Under the pieces are notes generated by a model that ran no database searches, was not told the DNA's origin, and saw only the letters and a list, made by a program, of their open reading frames with translations. The translations under genes were made by a program, and so were the position numbers. From a virus, in IMG/VR virus record IMGVR_UViG_3300021961_000068, positions 1 to 64,000 of that record: DNA of 64,000 nucleotides; one strand, given 5' to 3'. Below, in pieces: positions 18,543 through 26,620 of the stretch (the first letter of the stretch is position 1; every line of letters starts with the position of its first letter).

Positions 18543-20470
18543 TATCTAATTGGGCAAGCACCTGTTGCACAATCGTCAAGCGACAATTCTGAACCTGTTG
18601 CCTGACTTAAAGGCAAAGATGTATCAATCTTTTTCACAAGTGCATCATAATCGGCTTGAGTGATCTGCTCATACGGAGGAAGTGGGAAGTTGTGGTCTGC
18701 GTGCAGAAGAAATGATACCGATTTGACACCGGTGTCATAATTTTTTGACAACCATTCTTTGATTGATTCAAGTTCTTCTTTGCGGTAATAAACGGTTACA
18801 GAAACAGCGTTGTCAGCCCATTCTGTCTGCATTTTTTTGACCCATTCAAGTTGTTCTACTGCCGTCATGTTCTCGGCGAGAACTGCGTTGTCTGGTGACT
18901 TGCATGGGAACTCAACGACATAACGACTGTGATCCTCGCGACCATCAATACCGATGTCCCAAACAACCTTATGTCCCCTTGCACGCAAGCCTGCCACAAG
19001 GGCGTCAGACGCACCAAAACGCACCCTACGGATGTAAAACGGCGCAAATGCGGGATGAATGCCCGGAGTGATACCGGGGAGCAAGGAGAGCGTTCCTGAC
19101 GGTTGGACAGTGGTAAGTCTGACAGAACGAGGGAAGCCTTTTTCCTTTGAGTAATAAATGTCAAACTCGTCTAGGTGTCTGTAAGCCTCGTCCAGCCAAG
19201 AAACTTGCTCTGCTGAAGCCTGCAAAACACCAGAAATGCTTTGTCCTAGTCGTGCATTTTTTGCAACGATTGCGTTTGTTTTTGCATAGGGGTAGGTAAG
19301 ACGGGTGATCTGTTTTTGAACCATGTAGAGAAGTTCTGATATTTCTTTGAATTGTTTGATGTCGCAGATATTGGGTAGGAATATGGTTGAAAGATTGCAT
19401 GACTCTCCGTCACCTAAACCGATCTCGGCGCATGGGTTGAAACCTTCAATGGTTTTATCTGCTCGTTCTTCTTTGAGGCGACCGTATTTGCGGGCAAGAC
19501 GGCGATTTACGAGACCGTAAGGTTCTCCACCGCCCGTATAGCCCTTCCATAGTTCAGGCATGATGTGGTCGTAGTAGTCGGCATAGATGCTGTTGTTTGA
19601 ATTTGCTCGGTAACCAGGGATATCTCCCGAAGCCCAATTTTTTGCTCGCAGGAAAAGCACATCGTCGGGGTCGCCAATAGCGATTTGAGCGGAGCGACGA
19701 GATGAACCCGAGACAACCACGCGACCGATGATGTTGCAAATGTCTAGAACATCAATTGAGCGAAGTTTCTTTCCCTCTCGTGCTTCCATGACTTGGCATA
19801 TGTCTGTAATTCCGTCAACTAGTGCGCCAGGTCCGCTTGCTGTACCGCCAAATGTTTTGAGGGGTGCACCGAATTCTCGGATAAGAATCGTTGAGTATGA
19901 GAATGATTTACCTGTATCAAAATATGATTTCAATACGCTGTGTAGTAGTCGTCGCCAACCTTGACGGGAATCGGGGACAATAATGTCTGCGTCGTTTGAA
20001 CGCTCGTGAGTGATTTTTACATTAGGGAGAACCTTTGGAAGATCGTGAATTTTTGCTCGTTCCACAGAGAACCCAACACCACCGCCAAGCATTAGGTGGT
20101 CAAAAAGAAACTCAAAATCTTCTACTTTTTCTATGTTTACGAAATAGCAGTTATTAAGCGATGCGGCGTTAAATTGTTTGATGAGTGGTGTCCCCAGTTG
20201 CCAAAGAGCACGACCTGAGAACGAACCACGCAAGTTGAAAACATGATCAAAAAGTTTCTCTGCTTGAGTCTTAGTAAGAGGAGTTCCAATATCTATGGCT
20301 CCGTTTACACAGCGTTGTACAGTTTCAAGCCAAGTTTCATTGCGATTCATGTCCTCAATGCGTCGAGAATATGTGCGGAGGTAGACAACTTCTCCTAGCC
20401 CATTAAATCCCCAAGGAGGTGTCTGTGTTTTGTATTGGTCTACGAATTCTTGGGATAGGTGGGCAGTCAT
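18542..20470 (-). CDS. nrdJ: Class II (B12-dependent) monomeric ribonucleotide reductase
   Basis: YLRTYSR, GRALW, LNNC, LMLGGGVG, RRSAQI, NPCAEI, QPSGTLS, C-terminal CATGACPIR. Confidence 0.93.
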   Translation of the reverse strand: MTAHLSQEFVDQYKTQTPPWGFNGLGEVVYLRTYSRRIEDMNRNETWLETVQRCVNGAIDIGTPLTKTQAEKLFDHVFNLRGSFSGRALWQLGTPLIKQFNAASLNNCYFVNIEKVEDFEFLFDHLMLGGGVGFSVERAKIHDLPKVLPNVKITHERSNDADIIVPDSRQGWRRLLHSVLKSYFDTGKSFSYSTILIREFGAPLKTFGGTASGPGALVDGITDICQVMEAREGKKLRSIDVLDICNIIGRVVVSGSSRRSAQIAIGDPDDVLFLRAKNWASGDIPGYRANSNNSIYADYYDHIMPELWKGYTGGGEPYGLVNRRLARKYGRLKEERADKTIEGFNPCAEIGLGDGESCNLSTIFLPNICDIKQFKEISELLYMVQKQITRLTYPYAKTNAIVAKNARLGQSISGVLQASAEQVSWLDEAYRHLDEFDIYYSKEKGFPRSVRLTTVQPSGTLSLLPGITPGIHPAFAPFYIRRVRFGASDALVAGLRARGHKVVWDIGIDGREDHSRYVVEFPCKSPDNAVLAENMTAVEQLEWVKKMQTEWADNAVSVTVYYRKEELESIKEWLSKNYDTGVKSVSFLLHADHNFPLPPYEQITQADYDALVKKIDTSLPLSQATGSELSLDDCATGACPIR

Positions 20471-20544
20471 TACGTCCTCTTTCGGCGCATATGGGGATAT
20501 GGGTGAACAACCATATTACAACACGAGAGATTTTAAGTAAAATG

Positions 20545-20844
20545 CTAATTACGGGTAAGGTTATATTTTCTTGCCTCAGATAGGGGAATGATCTGTCCGA
20601 CAGCAAATTTACGAGTTTTTGCAAAAACTCCAGTAGAAACTTCTTCGGCAACAAAAAAATCTTCTTCCACACGAAATGTTTGTTTTTCGTCTAATGATTT
20701 AAAAAGCCCCAACCCAAGAAGTTTTTCAGGTGGTTTGTGCCCTTTGGGCACACAATTCCCTGTTGGATCACCACAGACAATGCAAGGCTCTCCTGTGGCA
20801 CGGAGAATTTCTATATCGCCATAGATGTATTCAGGCATAAACAA
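20545..20844 (-). CDS. Hypothetical protein (CxxC)
   Basis: EPCIVCGDPTGNC. Confidence 0.6.
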   Translation of the reverse strand: MFMPEYIYGDIEILRATGEPCIVCGDPTGNCVPKGHKPPEKLLGLGLFKSLDEKQTFRVEEDFFVAEEVSTGVFAKTRKFAVGQIIPLSEARKYNLTRN

Positions 20845-20869
20845 TGATACCTCTTGCCCTTAAAAGGAA

Positions 20870-20893
20870 AAGGAGCACCTTGCGGTGCTCCTT
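20870..20893 (-). terminator. Rho-independent terminator
   Basis: AAGGAGCACC-GCAA-GGTGCTCCTT on the minus strand followed by TTCCTTTT. Confidence 0.75.
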
Positions 20894-20938
20894 AGTCGTT
20901 CCTTCTATGCGGGGGGCATAGACTTTGTGCCCTAAAGA

Positions 20939-21184
20939 TTAGTTTTTGGGTGCGAACTTGTTTTCTGACTTCATCGCTTTCATTTCCTCTGCAAACAGTT
21001 CATCAAATTCTTCGTTGTACCGTGTCTGTAAAACAAAAGATGCTCGTCGTTTTGCCTCATTGCGGCGCTTTGCCTCAATTTTGCGAAGTTCTGCTCGCCG
21101 TGCACGTTCCTCGGCTGGAAGTGGCTTACGTCCACGACTAACTCCGAGTTTCTTTTTAAGTTGCTGATATGTTGTTGTAGCCAT
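20939..21184 (-). CDS. Small basic protein (AT-hook-like RGRKP)
   Basis: 81 aa; AAGGAG RBS. Confidence 0.7.
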   Translation of the reverse strand: MATTTYQQLKKKLGVSRGRKPLPAEERARRAELRKIEAKRRNEAKRRASFVLQTRYNEEFDELFAEEMKAMKSENKFAPKN

Positions 21185-21300
21185 TAAGGGCTCCTTAATC
21201 TTTCTGTTTAGTTGTTTATGTACTTCTTACAAGAAAGATACTAACTAGTTTCTCAAAGAAAAACAACTTTTATTAAAAAAAATATTAAATACATTTCTGT

Positions 21301-21377
21301 TTATCCACAGGGCTCACCATAGGGCTTATCCACAGGGTTTTAGGGGGTTGCTAAACCCCATCTATGGGGGCTACACT
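21301..21377 (+). promoter_or_regulatory. Two perfect DnaA boxes plus a promoter with an internal inverted repeat
   Basis: TTATCCACA at 21301 and 21326; TTGCTA (21348)-18 bp-TACACT (21372); CCCCAT-CT-ATGGGG inverted repeat in the spacer. Confidence 0.65.
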
Positions 21378-21423
21378 TACGGTATAAGTAATATAAACTA
21401 CAAATACTAAAGAAAGAAAAACA

Positions 21424-21912
21424 ATGGAAACATCCTTAATAACCCCACCAACGGTCAGAAATCTAGAAGAAGCAAGAGAGCAATGTCTTGAATATGACGC
21501 AGTTTTGACCGCAGGACCAAACAAAGATGAAGTCAGCGACTTCAATCACCCTATTCATAAAGTCGTTCAGTTTATTGACACTGCGTATGAGAAGAACGGC
21601 GGACCGACCTTAGAGAATGTTGTTGAACTTATAGAGTTCGGCGCAGGTGTCCCCAAATTGTTGGTGCACTGTCACGCAGGTATTTCCCGTTCAACAGCAA
21701 CAGCGTGGGGGGTATCAATAGCAAACGGCAACGATCCTTTGGAAGCATTTCTATACCTGCAAGATAAACACCCTGAAGAAAAAGGATATTTCGGTCACGG
21801 TAAAAGACCCTTTGCGCCGAACATCCTAATTGTTAAGCACCTAGATACATATTTCAATCTTGGTACTACTCTTTTGGAAATTCGCAACAAGTATTCACGG
21901 AGAGGTTGGTAA
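21424..21912 (+). CDS. Protein-tyrosine/dual-specificity phosphatase
   Basis: LVHCHAGISRSTA (HCxxGxxRS); downstream FAPN. Confidence 0.9.
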   Translation: METSLITPPTVRNLEEAREQCLEYDAVLTAGPNKDEVSDFNHPIHKVVQFIDTAYEKNGGPTLENVVELIEFGAGVPKLLVHCHAGISRSTATAWGVSIANGNDPLEAFLYLQDKHPEEKGYFGHGKRPFAPNILIVKHLDTYFNLGTTLLEIRNKYSRRGW

Positions 21913-21916
21913 AGCA

Positions 21917-22888
21917 ATGAAGGTTTTTTGGAACGAAAACTACACATCCATCAAATATGACTTTGATACATCAAGAAAATCCAACAATATTGTTCGTTTA
22001 ATTAACAAAATAGCGTCAGAAACACCTACGAAAGTTCGTGTGTTGCAGGATGTTCCGACAGTAGAGATAGTTGATCCCGAACAAGTATCCGACATTTCAA
22101 AAACAGAAAAATTGATTAACAGATGGTTGCACCCCACATATGTTGAGGCGTTAAAAACGAACAACAACCCACGACTATCGCAAAGTCAAGGTTTTGAATG
22201 GTGTCCCAACACTTACGAGTTTGCTCGTGCACATACACACGGTTTAATCGCATCAGTTGATCAAGTTTTAGTGAATGGTGGGAGAAGCGGAAGTCTTTCT
22301 TCAGGTTTGCATCACGCATCAAAAACTAGTGGCGCAGGATTTTGCACAATCAACGGCATAGCACTATCAGCAATTCACGCATACGAGCAAGGTCTTGAAC
22401 CTATAGTTTTAGACTTTGACGCACATTGCGGTGGAGGCACGATGGACTTTTTAAAAACTTTCAATGGTGTTTTGCAAACCAAAGACACTATTTTAGGTAA
22501 ATCAACACCCTTAATCCGTCACATTGATTTATCAACCAACTACTTTGACGAATACGAGATTAAAGTTCATGAAACTTGGGCGAATCTGCATGTTCTTGAC
22601 TGGGAAGAAGATTATTTAGACGAAGTACAAAAATCTCTTTCTTTAACAGAACCTCACATCACCGACAAAACTGTGTTTATTTATAATGCAGGGATTGACC
22701 CTATTGGTTCGCAGGGGATAGATGAGGAAGTTATCGGGCAACGAGAAAAAATTGTTTCCGAATTCATTGGTAACCGCAAGGCTGTCTTTGCGTTAGCAGG
22801 CGGTTATTCAGGTATGTCAACAACACGAGACGATGTGGCAAACATGCACCTCAAAACGATTTATGGTTGGTCATGGCAGACGAAATAA
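21917..22888 (+). CDS. Histone-deacetylase-family (Zn-dependent) deacetylase
   Basis: GLHHA...GAGFCTING; LDFDAHCGGGT; YNAGIDP; LAGGYS. Confidence 0.9.
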   Translation: MKVFWNENYTSIKYDFDTSRKSNNIVRLINKIASETPTKVRVLQDVPTVEIVDPEQVSDISKTEKLINRWLHPTYVEALKTNNNPRLSQSQGFEWCPNTYEFARAHTHGLIASVDQVLVNGGRSGSLSSGLHHASKTSGAGFCTINGIALSAIHAYEQGLEPIVLDFDAHCGGGTMDFLKTFNGVLQTKDTILGKSTPLIRHIDLSTNYFDEYEIKVHETWANLHVLDWEEDYLDEVQKSLSLTEPHITDKTVFIYNAGIDPIGSQGIDEEVIGQREKIVSEFIGNRKAVFALAGGYSGMSTTRDDVANMHLKTIYGWSWQTK

Positions 22889-23139
22889 TTCACGGGCTTT
22901 ACGCCACATATACGAACGAAAAATGCAGATGCCCCATCTGTAAAAAAGCCGCCGCCGAATATATGCGCGGTTACAGAAAAACAGCCGTAGGTAAAGACAA
23001 TGCAAAGTTTTATCAAATTGTTGCAAATAAACGCTCACAAATGGCTATCAAATGGATCAAAGATAATCACCCAGAACAATGGGATAAGATATGTGCTAGA
23101 GCATTAAAAATTGTTGAAAAACAAGAAAGCAGAGAATAA
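22873..23139 (+). CDS. Small Zn-binding actinophage-type protein
   Basis: HGLYATYTNEKCRCPICKKA (HG..Y...CRC..C). Confidence 0.7.
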   Translation: MADEIIHGLYATYTNEKCRCPICKKAAAEYMRGYRKTAVGKDNAKFYQIVANKRSQMAIKWIKDNHPEQWDKICARALKIVEKQESRE

Positions 23140-23140
23140 T

Positions 23141-23362
23141 ATGCCTTATGGTGCCGAAAGCATGGAAAGCCGTTTTGATGACTTCGTGGAAGAAACAAAC
23201 AAAAAGATTGACGAACTTGAAGCAAAAATTCGTTCACTTCAAACAGAAATTAATAAAACAAAAACTTTAAAAAACACCAACAATGCGGTTAACATAACTA
23301 ACCAAGACATAAAAAACTCTCTTGGTGCAACAATCAGATCAGTTGGGGATATTGTTAAATAA
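23141..23362 (+). CDS. Small coiled-coil protein
   Basis: KKIDELEAKIRSLQTEI. Confidence 0.6.
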   Translation: MPYGAESMESRFDDFVEETNKKIDELEAKIRSLQTEINKTKTLKNTNNAVNITNQDIKNSLGATIRSVGDIVK

Positions 23363-23390
23363 GGCTTAATATATCTACTAAGATATCAAA

Positions 23391-23549
23391 ATGCTTGAAA
23401 AAACATCTTTAGCCGAAACAGAATTTAACACCCTATACAACAACGCTACACGCAGATTACAAGATGAGATAGCGTCGCTCAAACTAAAGATCGGCGAACT
23501 TCAAAGTCAAATAAATTGGTTAGAGCGAGAAAACTCTAAATATTTGTAA
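23391..23549 (+). CDS. Small coiled-coil protein (52 aa)
   Basis: MLEKTSLAETEFNTLYNNATRRLQDEIASLKLKIGELQSQINWLERENSKYL. Confidence 0.55.
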   Translation: MLEKTSLAETEFNTLYNNATRRLQDEIASLKLKIGELQSQINWLERENSKYL

Positions 23550-23553
23550 CCTT

Positions 23554-23904
23554 CTATTGTTTTGCTTTTACAACTCCGTCAGGAATGACAGCGAATCTGC
23601 ATTTCCCTTCAGGGGCGACAGGGAGAGAAATTATCTTGCACGAAGAACCGCCTTCGTATAAAACACAATTAGAACACTTGACACCTATCTGCGCCACCTC
23701 ATTTTTTGATGGATCTTCATAGCCAGCCCACACTCCTGTGTAATCTTGGTTAAATTTTCCATATTTTTGAGTTATTTCAATAAGCGAATCGGCGAGTGCT
23801 CGTTCTTCGGGGTGAAGAGTTGGTGTTTGTGGTTTAGATATGGCAATCATCCTCATAGGGAGTTGCGACATCAGCATTTCAATAAAAGATTTTTCTGTTG
23901 CCAT
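23554..23904 (-). CDS. HiPIP-like four-Cys protein
   Basis: VKCSNCVLY...CKIISLPVAPEGKCRF. Confidence 0.6.
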   Translation of the reverse strand: MATEKSFIEMLMSQLPMRMIAISKPQTPTLHPEERALADSLIEITQKYGKFNQDYTGVWAGYEDPSKNEVAQIGVKCSNCVLYEGGSSCKIISLPVAPEGKCRFAVIPDGVVKAKQ

Positions 23905-23905
23905 T

Positions 23906-24313
23906 TTACTTTGTTTCCTTTTTGAACTCTGCCCAAGTTTTATCTCCGACGCCATAATATTCTCTAGCGTTCCCTGATTGAATCATGTCAATATTGAGGC
24001 ACGCTGTTTGAGGGTCATCAATTTTGTCTGATGAATAAATTCTTGCCAAAACACGACCATACTTGTCGCTCTTATCAGGAATTGTGTTAACAAAAACCCA
24101 TTTATGATTAGTCATCCAATCCTGAACAAACTTCTTGGCTTTCAAACCGAGTTCCTTTTCTTTCAAATCTTTTGTTCGTGATTCAGGGGTGTTGATGCCA
24201 TACAGGCGGACACGAATTTTGTGGTGAACACTAAAACCAAGATCAACCATTAAATCAACGGTGTCGCCGTCAACTACTTTGAGAATTGTTGCTCCATACC
24301 AAAATCGTTCCAC
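23906..24313 (-). CDS. Staphylococcal-nuclease (thermonuclease) family protein
   Basis: KVVDGDTV...VRLYGINTPES...DKYGRVLA. Confidence 0.9.
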   Translation of the reverse strand: MERFWYGATILKVVDGDTVDLMVDLGFSVHHKIRVRLYGINTPESRTKDLKEKELGLKAKKFVQDWMTNHKWVFVNTIPDKSDKYGRVLARIYSSDKIDDPQTACLNIDMIQSGNAREYYGVGDKTWAEFKKETK

Positions 24314-24315
24314 GG

Positions 24316-25077
24316 CTAATCCTTTTCTTTAGAGTTCTTATAGCGCTCCAACAATCGTCTGCCTTTTTCGGCAAGGCGAGCCGCCGATTCTCTGTCTTGT
24401 GGAACTGGTTCACCCCACGCCGCGGCGGAAAGAGCAAGTCGTGTTGGGCGTCCTTTTTCGTCTTTCATGGGACCTGAAGGGTTTGTGAAGAACCGTGTAA
24501 GGAATGATCCTTTGCGACGCATTTTCTCTGGTGTGTCAGCGCGACCCTTGACACCAGGTTTTAGGTTTGATCCTTCGGTGCGATTAAAGTGCGCTCTACC
24601 CGCGGCGGTTAAACCACCTTTAGGGTCTCGTAACGGTTCAGCAGATTTTTCTTTAATGATTGGTCCACCAGCGACCCATGCGCGACATGTTCTTTTTGAT
24701 GCACATTTGAAATCAAACGCTTCGCAATATCCAAGTTCACCAGCGCTATCTATCGCTTCCCATTCATCTTGTCTTTCCCCACCGGTGACACCAGATTCAA
24801 TACATTTTTTCATTGACGGGGTTTGAATAAAAAGAGAACAGTTGCCGCACAGTTGTTTCTTTGCAGATGTTGTATCCACATCCCACTCTTTTGCCAACTT
24901 GCCCCAATACTCTGTGTTGGGTTCGGCGGGATTCAGTGGACCATACATTGCTGTCTTGATTGCTTTGCCTCTGTTGGCAAGATTGACTGCAATGTCCTGT
25001 GTTGCTTTCGGGCATTGTTTATCGGCTTTGATGCGAACAGAAATCTGTTGCTCAGCCAAAATGTCAGAGAATTTCAT
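24316..25077 (-). CDS. Two-module phage protein (Cys-rich module + DUF6321-like module)
   Basis: CPKATQD...CGNC...GYC...CASKRTCRAW; then RDPKGGLTAAGR...NLKPGV...RRKGSF...PTRLALS. Confidence 0.65.
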   Translation of the reverse strand: MKFSDILAEQQISVRIKADKQCPKATQDIAVNLANRGKAIKTAMYGPLNPAEPNTEYWGKLAKEWDVDTTSAKKQLCGNCSLFIQTPSMKKCIESGVTGGERQDEWEAIDSAGELGYCEAFDFKCASKRTCRAWVAGGPIIKEKSAEPLRDPKGGLTAAGRAHFNRTEGSNLKPGVKGRADTPEKMRRKGSFLTRFFTNPSGPMKDEKGRPTRLALSAAAWGEPVPQDRESAARLAEKGRRLLERYKNSKEKD

Positions 25078-25103
25078 TGTCCCTCATTATCTCACAAAAC
25101 ACA

Positions 25104-25142
25104 AAACCCCCACCCCAACCTTGCGGTTAGAGCGGGGGTTCT
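25104..25142 (-). terminator. Rho-independent terminator after major capsid gene
   Basis: Minus strand AACCCCCGCTCTAACC-GCAA-GGTTGGGGTGGGGGTT then TTGTGTTTT. Confidence 0.8.
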
Positions 25143-25158
25143 GTTAATTACTTAGTGA

Positions 25159-26481
25159 TTACGGTGCTGCTGGTGCGCCGTCAAAACTTACCTTCACGAA
25201 CGACTCTGGTCGCTTCACAGCGAGAGCCAATCGTTGCTCGGCAAGGATCACGATTGCGTTGCGGACGAAGAAGTCTGCATGCTGTTCGCTCACTCGGATG
25301 CTTGGTGATTCACGGTCGTAGATTTGTGCTCCCGTACCGAATGCACCGATCAATGCTGTACCTTCAGCAATTGCTGGAGTGTCCACTACTGGAATTCTCC
25401 ACAAGCGCTGTTCGCCACCCATTGCAACAGAGACTGCTACGACGTAAGCGCCGTTGCCATCTTTGCTGAGTTCAATGTCTTCCCAATCGTTCGGGTTAAG
25501 AACGATACCCGATGGCTCGTAGTAAGCCAAGAAGGAAAGGGTTGCGGCACGGCGGACTGCGTCAGCCTTGGTGTCAGTCTGACCTGCTACTGCTGAGTAT
25601 GTGCCTGCCGACCAATCGTAGGTTTGCACGCCCGGTGTATTCAAGATACCTCGGAGGTTTTCGCCTGATCCTGAACCGTTCAAGATTTGTGCATCTTCCT
25701 GCAAACGGAGACCGTACATCAACTCGTTGTCGATGATTGAGCGTAGTTGTGGCTCATCAGCAAGAACATTGCGGTGTGCGGCTTCCCAGTGTGCCATTGT
25801 GCGAACAGGAGCCTGCTCACCAACGAAGGTGAAGGACGACTGTGGCTTCGCACCGAAGGCATCGCCTGAACGCTCAGATACTGCTGCTGCGTTGTTGACG
25901 AAACCTGTCATACGGAAGTATTCAATGATCGCGGCGTTCGTGGTGCGGCTTGGGAACAAGTCACGGACACGCTTCGTGCGCATTGGTGGGATAACCATTG
26001 CATCGCGTTGAATGGTTCCAAACGAGCCAGGTGTACCTGTCGGAAGTGCCGAGTACAGATCTTTTACGCTGTAATCGCTACCCGAACGGTATGGGCTTGG
26101 CATGTTTGCTGAACCGCTTGCGAGCAACGACTTGAACTCTGCTGAAGCAAGGAATGCTTCGCCGATTGTCTTTGCACGCATTGGCTGTACTGCGTTTTGC
26201 AATTCTGCAGTTGCGTAAGCCGAAGCCTGTGCTACTGAATCTTGTGGTTCTGAAGCCCATTTGTCGGCATCGCGCATTGACTCAAGGCTCTCAACGAGGG
26301 ACTTGATTTCGCGGATGTCTGACATGTTCTTGTCAAACGCTGTTTTTTGTTCTGCTGATACGAGAACAGTGCCATCTTCAATTTTGAAGTTGTCTGCGAT
26401 CTCTTTGTTTTCTGCCATCTTGGCACGCATTGCGCCTTGAAGTTCAGTTAAACGACTGTTGTCAAATGACATGATTTTCAC
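25159..26481 (-). CDS. HK97-fold major capsid protein
   Basis: N-terminal coiled-coil delta domain; RVRDLF; EDAQILNGSGSGENLRGILN; LNPNDW; RLWRIPVV; FVRNAIVILAEQRLALAVKRPESF. Confidence 0.95.
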   Translation of the reverse strand: MKIMSFDNSRLTELQGAMRAKMAENKEIADNFKIEDGTVLVSAEQKTAFDKNMSDIREIKSLVESLESMRDADKWASEPQDSVAQASAYATAELQNAVQPMRAKTIGEAFLASAEFKSLLASGSANMPSPYRSGSDYSVKDLYSALPTGTPGSFGTIQRDAMVIPPMRTKRVRDLFPSRTTNAAIIEYFRMTGFVNNAAAVSERSGDAFGAKPQSSFTFVGEQAPVRTMAHWEAAHRNVLADEPQLRSIIDNELMYGLRLQEDAQILNGSGSGENLRGILNTPGVQTYDWSAGTYSAVAGQTDTKADAVRRAATLSFLAYYEPSGIVLNPNDWEDIELSKDGNGAYVVAVSVAMGGEQRLWRIPVVDTPAIAEGTALIGAFGTGAQIYDRESPSIRVSEQHADFFVRNAIVILAEQRLALAVKRPESFVKVSFDGAPAAP

Positions 26482-26620
26482 TCCTAGTGAATTGGATTTA
26501 TGTTGGTGTTTACTTATTTTTTATTATTAAGACTTCGGTAAGCACCTAGTCCAGTTACATTTACTGTAATACGAGAATAACATCAAAGTAACATCAGAAA
26601 TGCAACCCCCATGATTGGGT

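Noticed and set aside
18542-20470. Intein or intron in nrdJ, terL or primase-helicase
   Set aside because: Lengths are ordinary, reading frames are continuous, and no intein splice motifs were seen.
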